64,000 bases of DNA from Acidobacteriota bacterium (lineage in GTDB: Bacteria > Acidobacteriota > UBA6911 > RPQK01 > JAJDTT01). Below the pieces are notes generated by a model, which worked only from the letters and a program-made list of their open reading frames with translations, made no database searches and was not told the DNA's origin. The translations under genes and the position numbers were made by a program. The stretch covers positions 3,872,001 through 3,936,000 of the forward strand of contig OZ253580.1 in the NCBI GenBank assembly GCA_965263035.1. The letters are read 5' to 3'. Of the stretch, positions 10,432 through 19,537 are shown in pieces (the first letter of the stretch is position 1; every line of letters begins with the position of its first letter).

Positions 10432-11956
10432 GTCCCAGAACGTCGAGTGGAAGTCGTCCTGGCGGGACGAGTACCTGAAGTGGATCTGCGGTTTCGCCAA
10501 CGCCCAGGGCGGCGTCCTCGAGATCGGCCGGAACGACTGCGGCGAGGTCGTTGGGATCAGCGACGTTCTGCGCCTGCTCGAGGAGATTCCCAACAAGGCG
10601 CAGTCTCTCCTCGGCATCGTTGTCGATGTCGACCTGAAATCGGAGCACGGACGCGAGTACCTGCAGATCGCCGTCAAGCCCCATCCCAACCCGATCAGCT
10701 ATCGGGGCAAGTTCCACTATCGGTCCGGGAGTACAAGCCAGGTTCTTCGGGGCGCCTCGCTCACGCGCTTCCTGCTGGAACGGCAAGGGCGGACATGGGA
10801 CGACGGGGCGATGCCGGGGGTCCGCATGCGCGACTTGGACGGACACACGCTGGATGACTTCCGGGAACGCGCTTCCGTCAGCGGCCGCCTGAACCAGAAC
10901 ATTCTCCGCGCATCGGACTCCGAGGTCATCGAGAAGTTGCGCCTTCGCGAGGGCCGGCACCTGAAGCGCGCTGCCGTCCTGCTCTTCCACCCGGAGCCGG
11001 GCACCTTCTTTCGGGAAGCCTATCTCAAGATCGGGTACTTTCGCGGCGCCGACATCATCTACCAGGATGCGGTCGAAGGCGACCTCTTCTCCCAGGTCGA
11101 GCGTGCCATGGACCTGCTCTACTCCAAGTACTCGCGCGCTCTGATTTCGTACGATGGCGTTTACCGGGTCGAGACTCACCCCGTGCCCTACGAGGCCATG
11201 CGCGAAGCGGTCACAAACGCGGTCATCCATCGCGACTACGCAGTCCCCGTACCCATTCAGATCCGTGTCTATGACGACCGTGTGGCCATCTGGAATGCGG
11301 GGCGGCTCCCGAGGGGGTGGTCGCTGGAGAACCTGACCGGGGAGCACGCGTCACGGCCGTACAACCCGGCGATCGCGGACGCTTTCTTTCGCGCAGGCCT
11401 GATCGAAGCCTGGGGTCGCGGGATCCACCGGATCAGGCAGGCCTGTGAGGAAGCGGGTAACCCGGTGCCCCGTTGGCGGATCGAGCCCGGCGACGGTCTG
11501 TGGGTCGAATTCCCGTTTTCTGCCGCGTACCTGGCCGCAGACGCCCGGTTGCGCCGAGCGGAGGAACAGCCAGAAAACCGCCAGAAAACCACCAGAAAAG
11601 ACGGTCAACCGCCAGAAAAAGGCCAGAAAACCGCCGGAGAAGACCGGGAAGAGGCGTCCAGGGAGCCTGAAGACCACCAGAAACGAGCAGGATCAGCCAG
11701 AAAACCGCCAGAAAACCAGTCCCTCTACGACCGTATCCTCGCGCTTCTCCGTCGGCAGCCATCCGTCAGCCGCCGCGAAATGGCCGCCACGCTCGGCACC
11801 ACCACGTCCACCGTCCGGTACCGGCTGGACAAGTTGCGAGCGGCCGGGAAGATAGAGCGGGTCGGCCCCGACAAGGGCGGGTACTGGAAGGTGCTGGGCG
11901 GGTCCGGCACCGATCGCGATCCTTCTCCCGAACCCGGCTCCGGGAGCGCCCGATGA
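10421..11956 (+). CDS. Schlafen/AlbA_2 domain + HATPase_c_4 (RecG-C-like) + C-terminal winged HTH protein
   Basis: ESQNVEWKSSW, ICGFANAQGG, REAVTNAVIHRDY, NPAIADAF..AGLIEAWGRG, and a C-terminal wHTH ending ERVGPDKGGYW. Confidence 0.85.
   Translation: MTPESQNVEWKSSWRDEYLKWICGFANAQGGVLEIGRNDCGEVVGISDVLRLLEEIPNKAQSLLGIVVDVDLKSEHGREYLQIAVKPHPNPISYRGKFHYRSGSTSQVLRGASLTRFLLERQGRTWDDGAMPGVRMRDLDGHTLDDFRERASVSGRLNQNILRASDSEVIEKLRLREGRHLKRAAVLLFHPEPGTFFREAYLKIGYFRGADIIYQDAVEGDLFSQVERAMDLLYSKYSRALISYDGVYRVETHPVPYEAMREAVTNAVIHRDYAVPVPIQIRVYDDRVAIWNAGRLPRGWSLENLTGEHASRPYNPAIADAFFRAGLIEAWGRGIHRIRQACEEAGNPVPRWRIEPGDGLWVEFPFSAAYLAADARLRRAEEQPENRQKTTRKDGQPPEKGQKTAGEDREEASREPEDHQKRAGSARKPPENQSLYDRILALLRRQPSVSRREMAATLGTTTSTVRYRLDKLRAAGKIERVGPDKGGYWKVLGGSGTDRDPSPEPGSGSAR
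11570..11718 (+). repeat. Clusters of 11-bp-period CCAGAAAACC(G/A) repeats in the linker before the HTH
   Basis: Units begin at 11570, 11581, 11592, 11612, 11623, 11697 and 11708. Confidence 0.8.
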
Positions 11957-14900
11957 CTCCCGTCGGCGAGATCGAGGCTCGTACTCAACGCCGGGTCATT
12001 GACCACTTCCAGAACCACCTCGGCTACAAGTACCTGGGCAACTGGCACGACCGCCAGAATCGGAACATCGAAGCCGACTATCTCAGGAGATTTCTCGCGG
12101 ACCAGGGTCACGACCCCGCCATCATTTCCAAAGCGCTGGACAAACTGGACAAGGCCGCCGCTCTCGGCGGGGGCCGAACGCTCTACGGCGCCAACCGCGA
12201 CGTCTACGGTCTGCTCCGCTATGGTGCGAGAGTCCGTCCCGGACTCGGCGAACAGACGGTCACCGTCAACCTGATCGACTGGAAGGACCCGGCCGCCAAT
12301 GACTTCGCCATCGCCGAAGAAGTCACGGTGGAGGGCAACAACACCAAGCGGCCCGACATCGTGGTCTACGTCAACGGGATCGCTGTCGGGATGCTCGAAC
12401 TCAAGCGCTCGACCGTCTCGGTGGCGGAGGGGATCCGCCAGAATCTGGTCAACCAGAAGAGGGAATTCATCCGGCCGTTCTTCACCACCGTACAGCTCGT
12501 CATGGCGGGTAACGACACCGAAGGACTGCGCTACGGCGTGATCGGGACACCGGAGAAGCACTGGCTCCAGTGGAAGGAAGCCGGTACTGCTGCCCCCGAC
12601 ACCCCCACCTCCGCCCTCCTTCGCGAACTCGGCCACCTCTGCGTCCCCAATCGTCTGCTCGAACTCATCCACGATTTCGTGGTCTTCGACGCGGGCGTCA
12701 AGAAGATCTGCCGTCACAATCAGTACTTCGGCGTGAAGGCGGCCCGGGAGTACGTCCGCCGCCGCGAAGGCGGGATCATTTGGCACACTCAGGGCAGCGG
12801 GAAGAGCCTCACGATGGTGTGGCTGGCGAAGTGGATCCGTGAGCTCAAGGGAATTGATGGCCGCGTGCTCATCGTCACCGACCGCACCGAGCTCGACGAG
12901 CAGATCGAGATGGTGTTCAAGGGTGTGGACGAGGACATCTATCGCACGAGCAGCGGGGCCGATCTGGCCCAGGTCCTGCAGGGCGCCGACAAATCGCTGA
13001 TCTGTTCGCTCGTCCACAAGTTCGGCAGCTCCAAGGACGGAAACGTCGACCGCTACGTGGACGACCTCCGGGCCCACATGTCACGCGGTTTCCGGGCCGG
13101 GGGCGAGATCTTCGTCTTCGTGGACGAGTGTCACCGCACCCAGTCCGGCAAGCTGCACAAGGCCATGAAGGCGATCCTCCCCGGCGCCACGCTGATCGGC
13201 TTCACTGGAACGCCGCTCCTGAAGTCCGACAAGCAGCGTAGCATCGAGACTTTCGGCCCATACATCCACACCTACAAGTACGACGAGGCGGTAGGTGACA
13301 AGGTGGTTCTGGACCTGCGCTACGAGGCGCGCGACATCGACCAGAACATCACCTCGGAGGCGAAGATCGACCAGTGGTTCGACATCAAGACGAAGGGGCT
13401 CAGCGACCTGGCCCGCGCGCAGCTAAGGCAGAAGTGGGGCACCATGCGCAAGGTCACGAGCTCGCTCGACCGCATCCGAAAGATCGTGGACGACATCCTG
13501 ATCGACATGGAGACCCGGGACCGCCTGCAGAGCGGCCGAGGAAACGCCATGCTCGTATCCGACAGTGTCTACGCAGCCTGCCGCTTCTTCGAGGCGTTCA
13601 ATGGGACCGGGCTGAAGGGCAAGTGCGCCATCGTCACCTCCTACAGCCCGACGACACGGGACATCACGGGAGAGGAGACGGGCGAGGGCCTCACCGAGCG
13701 GTTGCTCAAGTACGATGTCTATCGAAATATGCTCGCGGACTATTTCGGCGAGCCCGCAGACAAGGCGATGCACAAGGCCGAGCAGTTCGAGCAGGAGGTC
13801 AAGAGGCGCTTCGTGAACGAGCCGGGGCAGATGAAGCTCCTGATCGTCGTGGACAAGCTGCTGACCGGCTTCGATGCGCCTCCGGCGACCTATCTCTACA
13901 TCGACAAGAAGATGCAGGATCACGGTCTCTTCCAGGCGATCTGCCGCGTCAACCGCCTGGACAGCGAGGACAAGGAGTACGGCTACATCATCGACTACAA
14001 GGACCTCTTCCGCTCGCTGGAGGGCGCGATCCAGGACTACACCGGCGAAGCGTTCGAGGGTTATGACCGGGAGGACGTGGAAGGCTTGTTGAAGGACCGC
14101 CTTGAACGGGGACGGGAGCGGTTGGAGGAAACCCGCGAGGCGGTGAAGGCGCTGTGCGAACCGGTCGAGCCGTCTCGCGACACGGAAGCGTACCTGCGCT
14201 ACTTCTGTCACGGCGGAACGGGTGACACGGCCCGGCAGCTTGCCGCCAACGAACGGAAGCGCCTCATGCTGTACAGGATGGTGGCGGCTTTCCTGCGCGC
14301 CTACGCCAACTTGGCCAACGAGATGATCGAGGCGGGTTACACGGAGGCCGAGCGACTCGAAATCAGGCACGAGGTGAGCCACTACGAAAAGGTTCGCCAG
14401 GAGGTCAAACTGGCCAGCGGCGACTACGTCGATCTCAAGATGTTCGAGCCCGCCATGCGGCACCTCCTCGACAACTACATCCGGGCCGACGACAGCAAGG
14501 TTCTTTCCGCGTTCAACGATTTGACGCTCGTAGACCTGCTCATCAAGGACGGGGAGAGCGCCGTCGATTCGCTTCCCGAAGGGATCCGGCGCAGCCACCG
14601 CGCCGTTGCCGAGACGATCGAGAACAACGTCCGCCGCCTGATCGTCGACGAGATGGCCGTGAATCCCAAGTATTACGAAAAGATGTCGGCGGTGCTCGAT
14701 GCGCTGATCAAACAGCGCAGGGAGGAAGCGATCGAGTACGAGGCGTACCTCAAGAAGGTCATCGAGCTCGCCGAAAAGGTGAGGGGCGGCGAAGCCGGTG
14801 GTTCACATCCGGCGAGCATCAACAACGGGGGACTGCGCGCAATTTACGACAATCTACCGGCCGAATTGCCGGCAGATCGCGTGGCCGAGCCGGGCGCGAG

Positions 14901-15105
14901 GTGGGAGCCGGATACCGGGACCGATCCCCGCGAAGTCGCGGCGCTGGCTGTCGATCGCGCAATCCAACAGGCCCGGATGGCCGATTGGCGTGGCCACCCC
15001 ATCAAGGAGAAGCGGATCGGCAGGGCGATCCGTGACGCACTCGGGCCCTTCAAGGCTTACACGAACACGATCTGCGGAATTGTGAAGGCCCGCAGTGAGT
15101 ACTGA
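11953..15105 (+). CDS. hsdR: Type I R-M restriction subunit HsdR
   Basis: PDIVVYVNG...ELK nuclease motif, WHTQGSGKS Walker A, DECHR, FTGTP, LLTGFD and QAICRVNR. Confidence 0.95.
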   Translation: MTPVGEIEARTQRRVIDHFQNHLGYKYLGNWHDRQNRNIEADYLRRFLADQGHDPAIISKALDKLDKAAALGGGRTLYGANRDVYGLLRYGARVRPGLGEQTVTVNLIDWKDPAANDFAIAEEVTVEGNNTKRPDIVVYVNGIAVGMLELKRSTVSVAEGIRQNLVNQKREFIRPFFTTVQLVMAGNDTEGLRYGVIGTPEKHWLQWKEAGTAAPDTPTSALLRELGHLCVPNRLLELIHDFVVFDAGVKKICRHNQYFGVKAAREYVRRREGGIIWHTQGSGKSLTMVWLAKWIRELKGIDGRVLIVTDRTELDEQIEMVFKGVDEDIYRTSSGADLAQVLQGADKSLICSLVHKFGSSKDGNVDRYVDDLRAHMSRGFRAGGEIFVFVDECHRTQSGKLHKAMKAILPGATLIGFTGTPLLKSDKQRSIETFGPYIHTYKYDEAVGDKVVLDLRYEARDIDQNITSEAKIDQWFDIKTKGLSDLARAQLRQKWGTMRKVTSSLDRIRKIVDDILIDMETRDRLQSGRGNAMLVSDSVYAACRFFEAFNGTGLKGKCAIVTSYSPTTRDITGEETGEGLTERLLKYDVYRNMLADYFGEPADKAMHKAEQFEQEVKRRFVNEPGQMKLLIVVDKLLTGFDAPPATYLYIDKKMQDHGLFQAICRVNRLDSEDKEYGYIIDYKDLFRSLEGAIQDYTGEAFEGYDREDVEGLLKDRLERGRERLEETREAVKALCEPVEPSRDTEAYLRYFCHGGTGDTARQLAANERKRLMLYRMVAAFLRAYANLANEMIEAGYTEAERLEIRHEVSHYEKVRQEVKLASGDYVDLKMFEPAMRHLLDNYIRADDSKVLSAFNDLTLVDLLIKDGESAVDSLPEGIRRSHRAVAETIENNVRRLIVDEMAVNPKYYEKMSAVLDALIKQRREEAIEYEAYLKKVIELAEKVRGGEAGGSHPASINNGGLRAIYDNLPAELPADRVAEPGARWEPDTGTDPREVAALAVDRAIQQARMADWRGHPIKEKRIGRAIRDALGPFKAYTNTICGIVKARSEY

Positions 15106-15838
15106 CAGGTACCACATGGATGTCAGCGGCATTCCCGTGGCAGTCATCCGCAAGGACATCAAGAACCTCCACCTGAGCGTCTATCCCCCCGAGGGCGAAG
15201 TACGCGTCTCGGCTCCGCTGCGCCTCGACGACGAAGCGATACGGCTGGCGGTGGTTTCGCGCCTGGGATGGATTCGGCGCAAACGTGCCGAGTTCGAGCA
15301 GCAAGACCGCCAATCCCGGCGCGACTTCGTGTCCGGTGAGAGTCACTACTTCGAGGGACGACGCTATCGTCTGGATGTGGTTGAATCGAGAGGCCCGGTC
15401 GGTATTCGCCTGCGCAACAATGCCTGGATGGAGATGCGCGTGCGCCCCGCCACCGGCCGCGACGCCCGCGAGGCCCTGCTCTACCGATGGTACCGGGCTC
15501 AGCTACGACAGCGCATCCCCGAGATGGTCGCCAAGTGGGAATCCCGGATCGGCGTGGATGTGGCCGACTGGCGCATCCGCCGCATGAAGACACGCTGGGG
15601 AAGCTGCAATGCCGGGGCTTGCCGCATCTGGCTCAACTCCGAGCTGGCCAAGAAGCCCCTGCCCTGCCTCGAATACGTCGTCGTCCACGAGATGGCCCAC
15701 CTCGCCGAACCGAGCCACAACGAGCGTTTCCGGGAGATCCTGGACCGCGTAATGCCGAGTTGGCGCCTGCGCGCCGAAGAGTTGAATCGCACTCATCTTG
15801 CCGACGAAGTCTGGGGGGAATTGCTGCCTGTCAGGTAA
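15095..15838 (+). CDS. YgjP/DUF45 (M48/SprT-like) metallopeptidase/hydrolase associated with type I R-M
   Basis: MKTRWGSCN and YVVVHEMAHL (HExxH) motifs; directly downstream of hsdR. Confidence 0.88.
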   Translation: MSTDRYHMDVSGIPVAVIRKDIKNLHLSVYPPEGEVRVSAPLRLDDEAIRLAVVSRLGWIRRKRAEFEQQDRQSRRDFVSGESHYFEGRRYRLDVVESRGPVGIRLRNNAWMEMRVRPATGRDAREALLYRWYRAQLRQRIPEMVAKWESRIGVDVADWRIRRMKTRWGSCNAGACRIWLNSELAKKPLPCLEYVVVHEMAHLAEPSHNERFREILDRVMPSWRLRAEELNRTHLADEVWGELLPVR

Positions 15839-15944
15839 CTCCGGGGCGAGCTGGATTCATCGTTCGGGGACAATAGGGGGAAAGGGATAACTCGCGACGG
15901 TTTGGAAAACTCCTCCCTCTAAGCGGGTACTCCGGGAGCACGTC

Positions 15945-16103
15945 GAGCTCCGCGGGGCCGGAACCGACGAATCTCCCCACTGTTACAAACGGCTGCCTGA
16001 AGTTCTGGAAGCGCATCGGGGCACCATCAGGATCCTGCACACGCTCGACCCCATCGGCGTGGCCATGGCCGGCGCGGACGAGTTCGATCCCTTCCGGGAT
16101 TGA
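15945..16103 (+). repeat. Right copy of the rtcB 3' end (displaced gene fragment); putative attR
   Basis: Encodes ELRGAGTDESPHCYKRLPEVLEAHRGTIRILHTLDPIGVAMAGADEFDPFRD* with no 5' part. Confidence 0.9.
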
Positions 16104-16381
16104 AGCGCCGGCGCCGATCGAGACGCCGCTTGCCGGGTCGTTAGTGTGTAACAGTCCGTGGTGAAAGTCTCGCGAGCACCGAGACCGTTCCTGCGCCCGC
16201 CGGACAAGGCGCGATTCGGGAGCATACCGGGAGTATGTGAGAGATTACAACGCAGTCCGCCGGGATGCAGGGACGGTCGAATGCCGCGACGACTTTTGCC
16301 ACGGGCTGGTAACTCTCTCCCTTGTATTCTTGCAGCCGGGGCGGTAGTAAACTGGGCGGAGACCCGGGAAGGGGGTGTGCG

Positions 16382-17584
16382 ATGAGACGACTGCTGCTAT
16401 GGGTTGTGAGTGTGGCATGGTTGCTGGAACCGATCCACGCGGCCGGCTGGGAGCGTGTCCAGGTCAAGATCGGCGAGACGGTCAATATCGTTCCCCAAGG
16501 CACGCGGCTGGCCCGGGGCATGCTGGGAATCATACGACATCCCGACGGGTCCATCTTCGTGAACACCCAGACCGGGGGTCTGGCCCGAAGCCGGGACCAA
16601 GGGAAGACCTGGAGCCTGATCCCAGCAGAGAAGGCCTTTGCCCTGGGTGTCAGCCGCGACGGACGGCTCTGGTTGGCGGACGGCGTCAAGGACGCCTCCC
16701 AGTTGGAGGTGCGCCACTCCTCCGACTCGGGCGAGACTTGGACCACGACGGCGCTCGACGTCTCCGATCTCTCCCCGGAATCGAGCCGGCGGCCTTACAA
16801 CTGGACCGGCGACGACTACAACACATTCATCGAGCGGCCCGACGGGACCCTCATGTTCTCGGCCGGTCTGCGGCGACTCCCCTGGTTTTACGAGGATCCG
16901 TCCCTGATGGAGGATGGACTGGTCTCGCCCGACGCCGACGTGGGCGGCCTCTTCCTGTTCCGGAGCCGCGATGGCGGCAAGAGTTGGGGCGAACCGAGCC
17001 TGGTGCATGAGTTTGCCTCCGAGGTGGGCTATGCCGTCGATCCCGCAGACTCGGACCGCATCCTGGCCATGACCCGGATCCAGAGGCCTCTACTGGCGGG
17101 CGAGGATAGGTCGGAGACGCTGAAGAAGACGGGCGCCCCGGCCAGCACCGAGTCCAACATGCCCTCCATCTACAAGAACGGCCTGCTATTGGAATCGCGC
17201 GACGGCGGCCGCACCTTCGCCGAGGTTCCGGGAGGGCTCACCGGATTCTACGAGATTCGCGGGACCATCCTCTGGACGGCGGACAACCGGGTGGTGGTGA
17301 CCCATCAGGGGGCCCACCCGGGTGGAGGCCCGGACGGAACCCTGCTGGCCAGAATCAGTCTCGACGGCGGCCGGCGCTGGCTCGACGGCACGGCAACCGG
17401 GACAACGGCTATGAGCCAATCCCGAAAATTCGTGCTGGTCCCCAGGCCCCCCGGACATTCCTTCACGGCACCCAGCGTGCAGATCTCCGAAAATCGCTTT
17501 CTGAGCGTCTATTTTCACGGAAACCTGAGCCGGAACATCGCCATGGTCAGTGGTGTTTTCTGGCGTTTGGAGCACCTTCCGTGA
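16382..17584 (+). CDS. Secreted BNR/Asp-box (sialidase-like) beta-propeller protein
   Basis: Signal peptide; five SxDxGxxW/F Asp-boxes. Confidence 0.8.
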   Translation: MRRLLLWVVSVAWLLEPIHAAGWERVQVKIGETVNIVPQGTRLARGMLGIIRHPDGSIFVNTQTGGLARSRDQGKTWSLIPAEKAFALGVSRDGRLWLADGVKDASQLEVRHSSDSGETWTTTALDVSDLSPESSRRPYNWTGDDYNTFIERPDGTLMFSAGLRRLPWFYEDPSLMEDGLVSPDADVGGLFLFRSRDGGKSWGEPSLVHEFASEVGYAVDPADSDRILAMTRIQRPLLAGEDRSETLKKTGAPASTESNMPSIYKNGLLLESRDGGRTFAEVPGGLTGFYEIRGTILWTADNRVVVTHQGAHPGGGPDGTLLARISLDGGRRWLDGTATGTTAMSQSRKFVLVPRPPGHSFTAPSVQISENRFLSVYFHGNLSRNIAMVSGVFWRLEHLP

Positions 17585-17623
17585 AAAAGCTCGGAGACGC
17601 GGCTCGGGCGACATAGGGGAGGC

Positions 17624-19510
17624 ATGGAGCGAGTCGCCATTGCGATTGTGGGCTGCGGGAACTTCGGCTCCAGCATGGCCCGCCTGATCCAGGAGTTGGA
17701 GCCCTTCCGGATCACCGGCTGCTACGATTCCGACCGGGCCGGCGTCGACGCCTTGGCTGCCGGCCTGGAGACTTCCGCCTACGATTCATTCTCCGACTGT
17801 CTCGGCGACCCCAAGGTTGACGCGGTCTTCCTGGCGACGCCCAACCACCTGCACTGCCCCCAGGCGTTGGAGGCGGCCCGGGCGGGCAAGCACATCTTCT
17901 GCGAGAAACCCATGGCGCTCGACGTCCAGGAGTGCCACCGGATGATGGAAGCGGCGACGGCGGACGGCGTGAAGCTCATGGTCGGCCACAAGCGGCGGCT
18001 GCGTCCCCAATACGCCAAGATGGCCCAAGTGGTTCGGAACGGCCGGCTCGGGCGCGTGATGGCGGTCAACATCAATGGTTTCTACCACCGGGATTGGTGG
18101 AGCTGGTGGCTGCGGCGAGAACTGGGCGGAGGGCTGCTTCACGCCTCCGGCGTCCACGACGTCGATTTTCTGCGGCATATCTGTGGCGAAGCAGGAAACG
18201 TGTTCGCCAGGAGTCCCGTGAAGACGGATCACCGCAGTGACTTCGAAGACGAGATCTCGGTGTTGATCCACTTCGAATCGGGCGCGGTGGCCACGCTTCA
18301 GGTCAGCCCCTTTTCCCCGATTCGGACCTTTCGCCAAGCCTTCGGCGTGCATATCGTGCTGGAGCAGGGCGGGATCCTCTACGACCCCAACGATTGCAGT
18401 GTGTCGATCCGGAGCCGGGACGGCTGGGAGGAACGGCATCGGTTCGACAACGAGGCCGGCTTCCGAAGCGCCTACGTCGAAGAGTTGACCAGCTTTGCCG
18501 ACTGGATACTCAGAGACCGGGAGCCGGTGCTCACCGGTTGGGACGGCCTGCGCTGCGTGGAGATCATGGAGGCCGGCTATCTCTCGGCTCGGACCGGACG
18601 GCAGGTCGAGCTGCCGCTGCCGCGGCGGAACGCTCCCGCCGTCATCCGGGGCCCCCTCTCCCGGAGGCGTAACCTGGAGGAGCCGACCCTTTTTGCCCGG
18701 GGTCTCTCCATGCCCGAGGGACCGGCCTTCGACGCCGGCGGAAACCTCTTCGTGGCCAACTGCCGCGCCGACCACGTGTCCAGGATCTCCCCGGCCGGCC
18801 GGGTATCCCGCTTCCTGGCCACGGGCGGAAAGCCCCAGGGCGTGGTGGTGAATCCGGACGGGAGCCTCCTCATATCGGACCACAAGTTGCGCAAGATTCT
18901 GCGGGCCGAACCCGATGGATCGCTGGAAGATTTCTGCACCCACTACATCGATGGGCGCCGGCTTCGGGGACCCAACGAAATCCTTCTCGGTCCCGGCGGG
19001 CAGGTCTACTTCACCGATCCGGGAACGGCGTGGCGTGGCCGTCGTACCGGAGCCGTCTCACGGGTCACGGAGCAGGGTTTCGCGGAAATTCTTGCGGACG
19101 GTCTGGAGTTTACCAACGGTTTGGATTTCCATCCCTGCGGCAAGGCGATCTACGTCGTGGAGACCACGAGCGGTAAGATCCTGCGCGCGCCGCTGGATGA
19201 GTCGGGGGCCTTGGCCGGACCTCTCGAGGAGTTCGTTCGTTTCCCGGGCCGGGTCGGTCCCGACGGGATCCGATTCGCCGCCGATGGCGACCTCTACGTC
19301 ACTCTCTTCGGCCGGGGCCAGATCGCCGTGGTATCCCCCGGCGCCGAGGTGATCGATCGAATCCGGCTTCCCGGTCTGTATCCCACCAACGCGGTCTTCC
19401 GGGACGGTAATCTATTGGTGTGCGAAGGGGCCACGGGCGCCATCTGGAGTCTGGCTCTGGGTGTTGAGGGGCTTCCGAGCTACTCGGAGAGGATTTGGAA
19501 CGGAGTGTGA
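17624..19510 (+). CDS. Gfo/Idh/MocA oxidoreductase fused to an SMP-30/gluconolactonase domain
   Basis: N-terminal GCGNFG, CEKPMA and GVHDVD; C-terminal PEGP, GPNE, TNGL and GPDG lactonase motifs; continuous ORF. Confidence 0.88.
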   Translation: MERVAIAIVGCGNFGSSMARLIQELEPFRITGCYDSDRAGVDALAAGLETSAYDSFSDCLGDPKVDAVFLATPNHLHCPQALEAARAGKHIFCEKPMALDVQECHRMMEAATADGVKLMVGHKRRLRPQYAKMAQVVRNGRLGRVMAVNINGFYHRDWWSWWLRRELGGGLLHASGVHDVDFLRHICGEAGNVFARSPVKTDHRSDFEDEISVLIHFESGAVATLQVSPFSPIRTFRQAFGVHIVLEQGGILYDPNDCSVSIRSRDGWEERHRFDNEAGFRSAYVEELTSFADWILRDREPVLTGWDGLRCVEIMEAGYLSARTGRQVELPLPRRNAPAVIRGPLSRRRNLEEPTLFARGLSMPEGPAFDAGGNLFVANCRADHVSRISPAGRVSRFLATGGKPQGVVVNPDGSLLISDHKLRKILRAEPDGSLEDFCTHYIDGRRLRGPNEILLGPGGQVYFTDPGTAWRGRRTGAVSRVTEQGFAEILADGLEFTNGLDFHPCGKAIYVVETTSGKILRAPLDESGALAGPLEEFVRFPGRVGPDGIRFAADGDLYVTLFGRGQIAVVSPGAEVIDRIRLPGLYPTNAVFRDGNLLVCEGATGAIWSLALGVEGLPSYSERIWNGV

Positions 19511-19537
19511 CGGACCACTATCAGGAGGAGAGAAACC

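Larger units (their letters stand above)
3562..16103. mobile_element. Genomic (defence) island integrated in the 3' end of rtcB, carrying a type I R-M system
   Basis: Bounded by the duplicated rtcB 3' end. Cargo is hsdM/hsdS/hsdR, an AlbA_2 protein and a DUF45 peptidase. No integrase visible. Confidence 0.8.

Noticed and set aside
3721-15944. Integrase for the rtcB island
   Set aside because: No tyrosine or serine recombinase motifs in any listed ORF; the only recombinase is the IS1634 transposase, with its own ends.
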